DNA of 63,899 nucleotides, filler included, from Octopus bimaculoides (Eukaryota), in NCBI RefSeq assembly GCF_001194135.2. It is 7 parts of 6 records of this genome, joined end to end, with 100 filler letters (N's around TTAATTAATTAA, not from the genome) between each part and the next. Parts side by side here need not be neighbours in the genome. Positions count along the whole stretch, not along the records: positions 47,248 to 58,497 come from NC_069003.1; positions 58,598 to 62,625 come from NC_068993.1; 5 more parts are not named here. One strand, written 5' to 3'. A program made the position numbers and the translations under genes. Under the pieces are notes generated by a model. That model saw only the letters and a program-made list of their open reading frames with translations, was not told the origin of the DNA and ran no database searches. Position 1 is the stretch's first letter. Each line of letters begins with the position of its first letter. Shown piece by piece: positions 51,925 through 62,625 of this stretch.

Positions 51925-53002
51925 TTATATATATCCATATCTATATCATATATATATATATGACAAGTGATATGACCGAATGAAGTCATAGTGGGAGAGA
52001 TACATGTTGAACAGAGATGGTATGATTGATCTAAGACATAGTTACGGAGATAGCTGTATGATTGAGCTAAGTCAGAGCAAAGGAAATAAACGTAAAACAA
52101 AAGTAGGATGTCGACATATGAATGAGAGTGATCTAAGACATGACTGAGAGTGACCTGAGACATATTACTCTCAGTGATCTATGACATACGACTGAGAGTG
52201 ATGTGAGATAGGTAGGTGTATGAGAGAGGAATTATAATTGATTTAAGACATTGCAGGGAGCGACAAATGTGTGAGATAAGCATCATGGCTGATTTATGAC
52301 AGCATTAAAGAGGTATTGTGGCTACATTATGACATCACAGCAAAGCTATGTGTAGAAGACGAATGCGAGAACATGAAGGATGCTGCGAATGAAAGGTGTC
52401 AATCAACAGTTTTATTTAGCTTTCAAAATCGACAGAACATCAAAGTGAAACAATTTGAAACCACGAGAGAGGTGCGTGTATATGTGTAGGGGGTGGGAAA
52501 ATTCGTTGCTGAATTGGCCGGTGGATGGGAGTGGGTTAAGGGAGGGTTTATCTACTCGTGTAGAAGCAGGTGGAGGTGGTGGGAGCTATGAAGCAATAAA
52601 CAGTGACGAATGTTTGGAGTTTAGTTGGCAACAACGAATCGCTCTTTCCCCTTGCAGCCTTGCTGCTGTTAAAAATAAAAGGGGGTATTTCGTCATCATT
52701 AATCTCAATAATTCAACGATAAACTCTAGGAAAAAATCGATTAACCGAGTTATTCTAGAATATTTTTGATCTCCATTTTAGTGCCTCGGATTATTTGGCG
52801 AGTATTATAGGAGGGGGAGGGAGGGGAGAGGGGAGAAGAAGAAAGAGAGAGGGAGGGAGAGAGACAATGGGAGTGAGAGAGTAAGTGAGAAAGAATGAGG
52901 AGGAAGAAAAGAAAATGTAATCGATTGATATATATACACACATGTACACACAGATGTGTATACATAAACATATTTGTATTTACAGATACATACATACATA
53001 CA

Positions 53003-53075
<73 letters not shown>

Positions 53076-53093
53076 GTACACGTATTCCTCAGA

Positions 53094-53132
<39 letters not shown>

Positions 53133-53416
53133 TAGCAAATTCTCTAGACGCACACATGCATACGCATACACACACATATATGTATATGCATATTTAGTTG
53201 TATACGCAGACACACGCATGTGCATCTGTGTATGCGTTCGTGTGTGTGTGTGTGTGTGTATGTGTGTGTGCGTGTGTGTGTATGTGTGCGCGCGCGCGTA
53301 TATGTGTGTGTGTGTGTGTGCGTATGGGTGCTAAGTGTATCTATAAATATAAAGAGATAGAAAGAGAGAGTTAGAGATGGCCGGAGAGCAAACAGAATAG
53401 AATAGAATAGAATAGA

Positions 53417-53451
<35 letters not shown>

Positions 53452-54032
53452 CAAAGTGAATGAGAGATAAATAGAGAAAGAGAGAGAGAGTGAGAGAGAG
53501 AGGTGCCTCAAAGGTAGTCATATATTACGTCATTACATATATTTATAGCCGGAGATTTCCCATTATATAATTGATTCATCATGTAACTACTTCTCAATCC
53601 AATCTCATCCAACATTCTATATGTATATATATATACATCCATCCATATATATATATATGTGTGTGTATATATCTTTCTCGATCAGTTTCTCTTCCTTTTA
53701 ATCTATTTTTCGCTTATTCTTTCTCTCGCTCTCTCTTTCTCCGCCTCCTTTGTCTCTCCAATTTCGTATCGACCTATATATATTGTATTTTCCTGCCATC
53801 GATTTCAGCTTGAGGCCGTGGCCGTGCTGGTGCACCTTAATATATATATATGTGTGTGTGTATGTGCGTGTGTGCATGCGTGCGCGTGTGTATGTGTGCA
53901 TGTGTGTGTTTGTGCTTTCTTTTATCTTTTACTTGTTCAGTCATTAGACTGTGGCCATGCTGGGGCTCCGATTTAAATGCTCTTGAGAATCAAATTGAAT
54001 CCTCGTTTCTCTCCTTGTTTCTTTCTGTGTTC

Positions 54033-54068
54033 CTTTCTGTGGAAGAGCGTAGGCTCGAAATGTTAAAG
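54033..54068 (+). ncRNA. Hammerhead-like motif with variant core
   Basis: CUUU CUGUGGA A GAGC GUAG GCUC GAAA UGUU AAAG. Helices I and II are intact but the core has U at the conserved A6 position. Confidence 0.55.
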
Positions 54069-54310
54069 ACTTTTTCACTTCCCGAGCGTTATACGAATAC
54101 ATCTGTTTGCNNNNNNNNNNTTAAAGACTTTTTCACTTCCCGAGCGTTATACGAATACATCTGTTTGCTTTCTTACACCACCTGTCTTCGTCTTTTGTTT
54201 TTTGTGAATTCTCCCTATATATATATAAAACACAACAAGAATAAAACAACAACGCGAGGACGTAGTACATCCAAAGAATTAACAGACGCTCAGGGAAGGA
54301 AAGAAAGGTA

Positions 54311-54345
54311 GTTTTACGTTTCGAGCAAAGCTCTTCTTCAGAAAC
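54311..54345 (-). ncRNA. Minimal type I hammerhead ribozyme motif, intact core
   Basis: Minus strand reads GUUU CUGAAGA A GAGC UUU GCUC GAAA CGUA AAAC. It has the core, a 4-bp helix II, palindromic ACGU in place of helix III, a GUA cleavage triplet and a 4-bp helix I (GUUU/AAAC). Confidence 0.75.
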
Positions 54346-54889
54346 AGGAGATAGAGGGGAAAGTGAAAGAGAAAAGGAAGATGGAGGAAAAAAATCGCCA
54401 ACAATCCACATGTAGTATCCGCCGAGAAGAGGCTGGTATGCATATGTGACTGCTGTTGTTCCATTAACAACTTTGCCCGGACTTGTGCCTTGGAGAAGAA
54501 CTTCCTAGGTTCAATCCCATGGTCATTCATGACCGAAGGGGGTCGTTATCCTTTATGTACATATATATATATATAAGCGTTGGTAAGGTACAAATATACA
54601 CACAAAGACACGCACGTGTGCGCGCACAATCGTACACATGCACACACACACACATACACACAAAGACACGCACGTGTGCGCGCACAATCGTACACATGCA
54701 CACACACACACATACACACAAAGACACACAGGTATATACAAGGGCCTTCCTTCAGTTTCCGTGCACCAAATCCACTCACCAGGCTTTGGTCGGTCCGAGG
54801 CTATAGTAGAATACATTTGTCGAAGGTACCACACACTTGGCCTGAACAGTTGGAATCAGGTGGTTAGCAATCGGACTTCATGTATACGA

Positions 54890-55420
54890 ATTGGTATCAA
54901 AAAGTTTAATAAAAAATAACTTGCTCACTTAAGTTTTAACATCATCTCCTTCGAATTAGTCACCTTGCGCAGCAATATAACGGTTCCAGCGTTCCTGCTA
55001 CTTTTGCAAGCGAGTCGAGGACCTTACGTGATTCGCTCTGGATCTCGACAACAGCGTTAAAACGGCGACCTTTGAGCTGCATTTTTATCTTGGGGAAAAA
55101 TATGGAAGTTCGCAGGTGCTAAAATATGGTGGATGCAGAAGTGATATGTTGGTTTTGGAGGGAAGCTCATGAGTGAGGCGAGCTCAATGACAGGGTGCAT
55201 TGTCATCTTGAAGAATCCAATTATTCACACTCCACAGATCCGGTCCACTTCCGTCGAATGTTCTCCCTCAGACACTTTAAACCGTCGCAGTAGGACTCTC
55301 GATTGACGGTCTGGTCCCGGGGCAAAAAGTCTTGATACACAATACTACATTTCTGGGAATTACGCTCGTGGCAAGTCTTCGAGATCGCTCATCGTTTTCC
55401 AGAAACGCTCGTTCTTCTTT
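54890..55420 (-). mobile_element. Mariner transposase 3' fragment, similar to the 45845 element
   Basis: Minus strand encodes PDLWSVNNWILQDDNAPCH...HPPY, then a segment similar to LKGCRFKTVVEIQ and a 3' end matching 46990-47070. Confidence 0.85.
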
Positions 55421-55470
55421 TAAGCTTCCGCGTGCGTGTGTATGTATGCATGTTTGTTTATATGTAAGTA

Positions 55471-55545
<75 letters not shown>

Positions 55546-56355
55546 TTTTTGCATTTCTGTTTGTTGTAGAAAATTGTTGATGAGCAATCGTGTGTTGAAA
55601 CAAAAATGTTGTAATTTGAAAGTGCTTTGCCATCAATTAAAACGCACATTGGTCGGATTCCATTTCAGTTTTATTATCAATTAACTAGATAATTACTTAA
55701 TGAATAAAATAAATTAATAGAATAATAGTGTTTTTGCAAAGTTATATTGACGCAGTTAGTGACCCATCGCATGACCATACTTCTCTTCTTCACCCATTCT
55801 GCGTCATTGCACTCTCTTTTTTTTGTTCGTTGCACCGTGTCTAATGAGGAATCTTGTTTTGCTATTTATACTTAAACCGTGTGATTGTGTGTATGTATAG
55901 TTTTGAAGTTGTGTATGTTTTTGGATGCGATGATGAATGACTGTGTGTGCGTTGGGGATGTTTGTTCTGTTGAACTTTGAAGTTCAGATTACGTTATGTC
56001 CACACGTATTACGTTTTTATGTAAAAGTGTAATTGAATTTATGTGTGTGAATGTGTGCGTGTGAGTAAATGTGTGAATGTGTGTGTGTGTGTGTGTGTGT
56101 GAGTGAGTGTGTCAGTGTGTATTCATTTTCATTCTTCTTCGATTTTTTACTTGTTTCAGTCATTAGACTGCGACCATGCTGGGCCATCAGTTTAAATTTG
56201 TTTTTGTTGAATGAATGAATCGACCCCAGTACTTATGTTTTATTATAAGCCTTGTTCTTATTCTATCGGTCACTTTCGGCGAACCCCTAAGTTACATGGA
56301 CGCAAATACACCAACACCGGCTGTCAAACGGGTGTGGGGACAAACAGGCACAAAG

Positions 56356-56392
<37 letters not shown>

Positions 56393-57386
56393 CATATTTA
56401 TATCCATCTATATATATGAATATATATNNNNNNNNNNNNNNNNNNNNNNNNNNNNNNNNNNNNNNNNNNNNNNNNNNNNNNNNNNNNNNNNNNNNNNNNN
56501 NNNNNNNNNNNNNNNNNNNNNNNNNNNNNNNNNNNNNNNNNNNNNNNNNNNNNNNNNNNNNNNNNNNNNNNNNNNNNNNNNNNNNNNNNNNNNNNNNNNN
56601 NNNNNNNNNNNNNNNNNNNNNNNNNNNNNNNNNNNNNNNNNNNNNNNNNNNNNNNNNNNNNNNNNNNNNNNNNNNNNNNNNNNNNNNNNNNNNNNNNNNN
56701 NNNNNNNNNNNNNNNNNNNNNNNNNNNNNNNNNNNNNNNNNNNNNNNNNNNNNNNNNNNNNNNNNNNNNNNNNNNNNNNNNNNNNNNNNNNNNNNNNNNN
56801 NNNNNNNNNNNNNNNNNNNNNNNNNNNNNNNNNNNNNNNNNNNNNNNNNNNNNNNNNNNNNNNNNNNNNNNNNNNNNNNNNNNNNNNNNNNNNNNNNNNN
56901 NNNNNNNNACTGGTATTATAAGGAAAAGGCTGGTGCCCTCTTAAGCTTTGTATCACTAGGTCTGATAAGATGAAACAAAACAAAATAAAAAAACACACAA
57001 AAAAAAAACCCCAAATAAAATCAGTGATAGTTAAAATTCTGCTTAGAATTAATTACTAGCCTGTTTGGTCAGGCTAAGTCAAAATGTTTTTTTATATTCT
57101 TCCTTCCCACTTGGAGTGTTTAAATGTAGTTACAATAACATGTCCTTCTACCGAAATGAAATTTCAGTAAATTTTCTGTATCTTTGTGCAGCTGAAGATT
57201 GCTCTGCATTTTATATTTGATGTAATGCTCACATTACTTAAATGAATGGGGTCGCATGAAACGATCGTATAGCATTAACCTAGAATATCCTTGTTGCTCA
57301 TTTTGATTTTTAACCATCTTATTTTGGAATTGTTTGGATAATACTTAATTCTGGTGCCTAAACTTAAGTACCATATTCACCTTGAA

Positions 57387-57425
<39 letters not shown>

Positions 57426-57946
57426 TTAGGGAAAAGAACCAAGGTTCATGAGCTCATCAATGAAAATCCACTGTCACATATATATTTACATATATATTTA
57501 TATATATTTTACTCTGTGAAACTTAATTTAATTTTAATTTTTAATAAATTGATTTTAATTGAGTTTTTACCTGTGATTTTGGATTTTATCCCTAATATTA
57601 TATATATATGTAGATATATATATATATATATTTATATATATATTCATATTCACGCACGCACGCACGCACACACACATATTCGTATGCATTCATATTCACA
57701 TGGCCTTTCAAAAGAAGGACATTAGTCTTGTTGCCAAACACCCAGTCACCAAAACACTCAAATCGCTCTTTCCAGTTTTCCTTTCCAAAGGTCCTGCAGA
57801 ATTATTAAAATAGCAGAGTATTGTAGTTCGCTTGAAGCATTGTATATTGTTTGTAAAGAATAAGAATTTTAGAATGGTACAACAATGCACTATAAAACAA
57901 AAAAAAATGGACTATATACCTTTTGTAATTTGGTTATCTATAGTCC

Positions 57947-57982
57947 GATGATATTTCGGAATTACAATTCCTTCTTCAGATC
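57947..57982 (-). ncRNA. Minimal type I hammerhead ribozyme motif, intact core, short helix I
   Basis: Minus strand reads GAU CUGAAGA A GGAAU UGUA AUUCC GAAA UAUC AUC. It has a 5-bp helix II, palindromic AUAU, an AUC triplet and a 3-bp helix I. Confidence 0.65.
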
Positions 57983-58418
57983 TTCTTAGATGGAGTCTAA
58001 CTTTTGTTGTTATAAATTATTTATTCGCATTAATCTATCCATCTCCCTTTACTCTCCTCGCCTTTGCTTTCTATCGTCTCCGAGGCCTCGCACTTAACAA
58101 TTTCCCTAATCTTTTCCCTTCAAACATTGTAGTTTTTTAAGGGTGTTCTCCCCACACCCGTGCTTTTCCTGTCTACTTAAACGAAGAAGTGTTTAAACTG
58201 AGCGTCGACTGCATCAATCTCACCACGCTAAGACTGTGATATGCAAAGGCCATGAGAACTGACTGGTTTGTTACGAAGGAGCATTTGCATACGGAAGGGA
58301 TAATGTCAGTGGGTTTGCAGCGATGAATGAATGTGAGGATGTGCGAATGTATGTGTGCGTATGTGTAGAATGATAGATAAATAGTCAGATAGATAGATAG
58401 ATAGATATACAGATAGAT

Positions 58419-58497
<79 letters not shown>

Positions 58498-58597
58498 NNN
58501 NNNNNNNNNNNNNNNNNNNNNNNNNNNNNNNNNNNNNNNNNTTAATTAATTAANNNNNNNNNNNNNNNNNNNNNNNNNNNNNNNNNNNNNNNNNNNN

Positions 58598-58862
58598 GCG
58601 CACTAATTCAAGGAATATATCTGCAGAAAATATTTACTGCGTCGTATATATTCAGTATGAGAAAATGGGTAATGGGTAAAATATTATTATAAAATCTGGT
58701 AATTAATCATATATTAATTAATATCGATTAATTATCAGGAGGCCAATATATGATTAATTACCAGATTTTATAATAATATTTTACCCATTACCCATTTTCT
58801 CATACTGAATATATACGACGCAGTAAATATTTTCTGCAGATATATTCCTTGAATTAGTGCGC
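58598..58862. repeat. Perfect inverted repeat: 118-bp arms and a 29-bp spacer
   Basis: 58598-58715 is the reverse complement of 58745-58862. It begins exactly at a scaffold start. Confidence 0.9.
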
Positions 58863-58978
58863 CAAAACGAAGACTTTTGAATTTTACCATTAAGCTGTAA
58901 TTAGCAGAACCATATGCACGCGCACCCATGGCGGTGGACAACTCTGTATACGATTCTGATGATTGCGGTTACATTACA

Positions 58979-59040
58979 AATCAGGCTGAAGAGGAATGGA
59001 CAATCGATAAGTTTGTTAAATCCGAAACCGGTACCTGTTT
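58979..59040 (+). ncRNA. Type I hammerhead ribozyme motif, intact core, palindromic helix III
   Basis: AAUCAGG CUGAAGA GGA[extended imperfect stem]UCC GAAA CCGG UA CCUGUUU. Helix I pairs 6 of 7 positions, helix III is the palindrome ACCGGU and the triplet is GUA. Confidence 0.75.
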
Positions 59041-59222
59041 AAGAGTGCTTTTTTATGTGATTTTAAATGTCTTGCCCGCTCACGTTTTGGTATGCTGCTA
59101 TATTTCATGTTGAGAACAATTTAGGTCTTAATAGACACAAGATGTGATCTATTTCTAGCACATTAATTGTCCACGTTAGTGGTCAACGTTATTTATTAAA
59201 AATATATATATATATATATGTG

Positions 59223-59304
<82 letters not shown>

Positions 59305-60775
59305 TTGGGTATGGTAGATGAGTTCAGCAAAAATTTAGATTCAGGGGAATATGGTACTTAAGTTGAAGCACCAGAATTTAGTACAGTATAAATATATAGG
59401 CGAGTCGGTGCATCGCTAGCACACCGGGTAAAATGCTTAGCGGTATTTCGTTTGTCGCTATGTTCTGATTTAAAATTCCGCCTTTCATCCTTTCGGCGTA
59501 CTGGGATCTATCTAATCGACTTGCTCCCTCCCCACAAATCTTTTGTACTGAGAATAGAAAAGGTTTCTTTCATTTCATATATTTTTGGGACTCATTAACT
59601 CAAATGGCTGGATTTATGATTTCACTAGGTTCATTCTATTCATAAAAATTTCAATGAAGAGTGTTTCTTAAAACGTTAGCTTCACATTTCAAGAGCTTGA
59701 CTGAAATTTATCCACGTAACAGTAACTGAAAGGGATATCGTGGAACAGAGAAACTGTAGGTGATACAGATAATTTCACATTACTTTTGAATTCTGCAGGC
59801 AAAAACATATAAGATACAGGTATTCTTTTCCTTGGGATAAATTCTTTGTTGACCAGTGTTATTCTTATCGTACTTTACAAATCCCAGCATGAAAACATTA
59901 CTCAACTTCGAGGTTTTGGAGGCAGACGCCCCCTTTTTACACACACGTACACACACACATACACACACATACACGCACACGCACGCACACATGCACTAAT
60001 ATATAGTGCAGGAAATCTCTACCACGCTTTTGGCTAAAAAATGCCCAGTATTTTCGGTTTTAAACCTCTGTAAATTTTTTCTCCAATTTTTTTATCCACA
60101 ACATTATACCTTCAAAGCAATGAGACTACATTATTATAGCCGATTTTCAGATTTTTTTACTTCCTTTTAAAAAATGCATATTTTGTGAAAGGAAAGAAAC
60201 TAGATCCATTAGACTTTTATAAGTTATTAGGGGTTTACTGAAGGTGACTTTCATAAGAGTTTCTCGCTAAAAAGCGGTTGTCAAACTTTAGTCTGTTATT
60301 CACTGTTTAAATAAAGAGTGTTTAATTACAAACATACACACATACAAACACCAACACACACAGATATATACATATACCCGTACATAAACACATATATTGA
60401 GAGACGCACACACACATACACACGCAAACGCACACAAACATAGACCATACACATCTATACACGAAGAGAATAAAAGACACATATACATGCATTCATTCAC
60501 ATATATTCATTCATATACACATACACATATACACATGTGTGTTTAAAAAAGAGGATGGGAATTAAGTAGATCAACTATAGAGAAATTTAAATTTTTGGTA
60601 TGGTCATTTCGGTATGAAATGGTTCAATGAAACCCTGTTAATGACAGACGTAGGTGCCAACATGTCTACTTACCAATATGGTCACACACATATACATGTA
60701 TTTAGTTTTCACACATAGGCGCAGGAGTGGCTGTGTGGTAAGTAGCTTGCTCACCAACCACACAATTCTGGGTTG

Positions 60776-60890
60776 ACTCTTCTTCAGAAAATTTGGGGAA
60801 ATTTCGAACCTGGGTTCTCCTAAGATATTTTTCGATGATATTTTTATTATTGGAATCGAACTCGGAATCTTGGGGTTAGTAGCCCGCGGG
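60776..60890 (-). mobile_element. Truncated second copy of the 61428 SINE family
   Basis: Reverse complement gives GGGCTACTAACCCCAAGATTCCGAGTTCGATTCC...CATCGAAAAATATCTTAGGAGAACCCAGGTTCGAAATTTCCCCAA..CTGAAGAAG, colinear with 61460-61651. Confidence 0.7.
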
Positions 60891-61427
60891 CAATTATGGA
60901 GTGAATTTTAGGGCTTATAAATCTAATATTTTCCTATCCTTCCTTAATACCAGATCTGCACTCGATCTGCTTTGGAGGTTGTTGTGTCCTAGCATATGTG
61001 CTACGTCTTTTAGTTTTCATATTTTCCAGTGGTGTTCCCTGTCTATTACTTTAACTTCAACCTACCGGGGGAGGTGGTCTCCATTTTTCCATACATGATT
61101 AGCTATACCCGATGAATACGTCCAGGAAGAAAAAAAGACAATCAGCTGGCATTTTAGGACGTATTAATAACACACAAGGCAGTGACATAAGGAGATCACG
61201 TATGGAAAAATGGAAACCACCTACCCCTCTGGGATGAAGTTAAGATAATAGATACAGAACACCACTGGAAAATACGAAAACTAAAAGAAGAAGCACATAT
61301 GCTAGGAGACTACAACCTCCTAAGCAGACCGAGTGCAGATATGAGCAGCATATGGGAACCGGTATTAAGGAAGGATAGAGATAGATAAATATTAGATTTA
61401 TAAGCCCTTAAATTCACTCCATAATTG

Positions 61428-61525
61428 ACCACGGGTATATGGCGTAGTGGTTAAGAGCGCGGACTACTAACGCCAAGATTCCGAGTTCAGGTCCTAGCAC
61501 TGACCTGAACGATAACAACAACAAC

Positions 61526-61578
<53 letters not shown>

Positions 61579-61750
61579 CAACAACAACAACATCGAAAAA
61601 TACCTTAGGAATGAGAACCCAGGTTCGAAATTTCCCCAAGACACCTGAAGAAGGCTGGCGGGTATATCAGCCGACACGTTGTTAACAATCAAGATGAGGA
61701 CCGAATGTAAATAATGTCCATAATTCCTCATCTCTTAAATATAGAACTGT
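61428..61750 (+). mobile_element. tRNA-headed SINE with internal (AAT/AAC)n and a degenerate hammerhead-like motif
   Basis: A box TGGCGTAGTGG at 61440 and B-box-like GAGTTCAGGTCC at 61483, a trinucleotide tract, then ACAC CUGAAGA A GGCUG..CAGCC GACA CGUU at 61641-61680. Confidence 0.65.
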
Positions 61751-61769
61751 ATTAAGTTGATATCAGTCC

Positions 61770-62585
61770 CAGAACAGCTGTCAGGTCTCTCCACAAACTT
61801 GGCTGCTATGGCAGAGCAGCAAGAAGGAAGCCACTTCTTCGACCAGCCAATATCAAGCGGAGAAAATATTGCGACAGTGAGATGATGGAGAGGCGACTAA
61901 CATTTTGCGACAGTGTGTATTCTCTGATGATTCCAAACTTGCCGTATTTTCTGACAGTGGTCGAGTGTAGGTCTGAAGATTGAGTGATTAAGAATTTGAT
62001 GCGAAAAGATTGCAACCAAAAATGAAACACGCCACCTATTCTGTGATAGTCTGGGGGATCAATTTGGAGCAATAGTCGATCAGAGGTGACGGAGTGTGAA
62101 GGAACCATAAACTTAGATAAACATGTGCGATATTACAGAAAGGATTCATTCTAATCTTCTCCAGAGGTGAAATAATAAAGGAAGGTTATTTATGGAAGAG
62201 GGCACTCCTTGTCACACGGCTAAAAAGATCCAAGATTCGTTGGAAGAGAATTCCATTAAAAAATTTCTATGACCAAGCCAGTCACTAGATATGATTCTTA
62301 TTGAACATCACTGAGACATAATAGACAGAACACTTCATAAAGAGAACATAGAATCTTCCTCAGAGTCATTTATTTTGAGATAACTGCATGAAACTTGGCA
62401 AGAAATTCCTCAGGAGAAAATTTGCCATCTGATAAGCAGCATACCTAATAGGCTCCTTACAATGAAAGACGCAAAGGACGAATATTAGATATTCACATTA
62501 TAATTACTAATTTGAATGTATCATTTCAGATTTAAAGGAATTTTAACGATTGTATGAGTGTCTAATTACTTCTGTCATGTCTGTG
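61770..62585 (+). mobile_element. Heavily decayed Tc1-like transposase remnant
   Basis: Frameshifted translation gives GRAARRKPLL, VFSDDSK, SVIVWGSI, FMEEGTPCHTAK and PSQSLDMILIEH. Confidence 0.8.
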
Positions 62586-62594
62586 CATATGCCT

Positions 62595-62625
<31 letters not shown>

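Noticed and set aside
54062-54168. Exact ~48-bp duplication across a 10-N gap
   Set aside because: Most likely an unmerged contig overlap. A collapsed tandem array cannot be fully excluded without reads.
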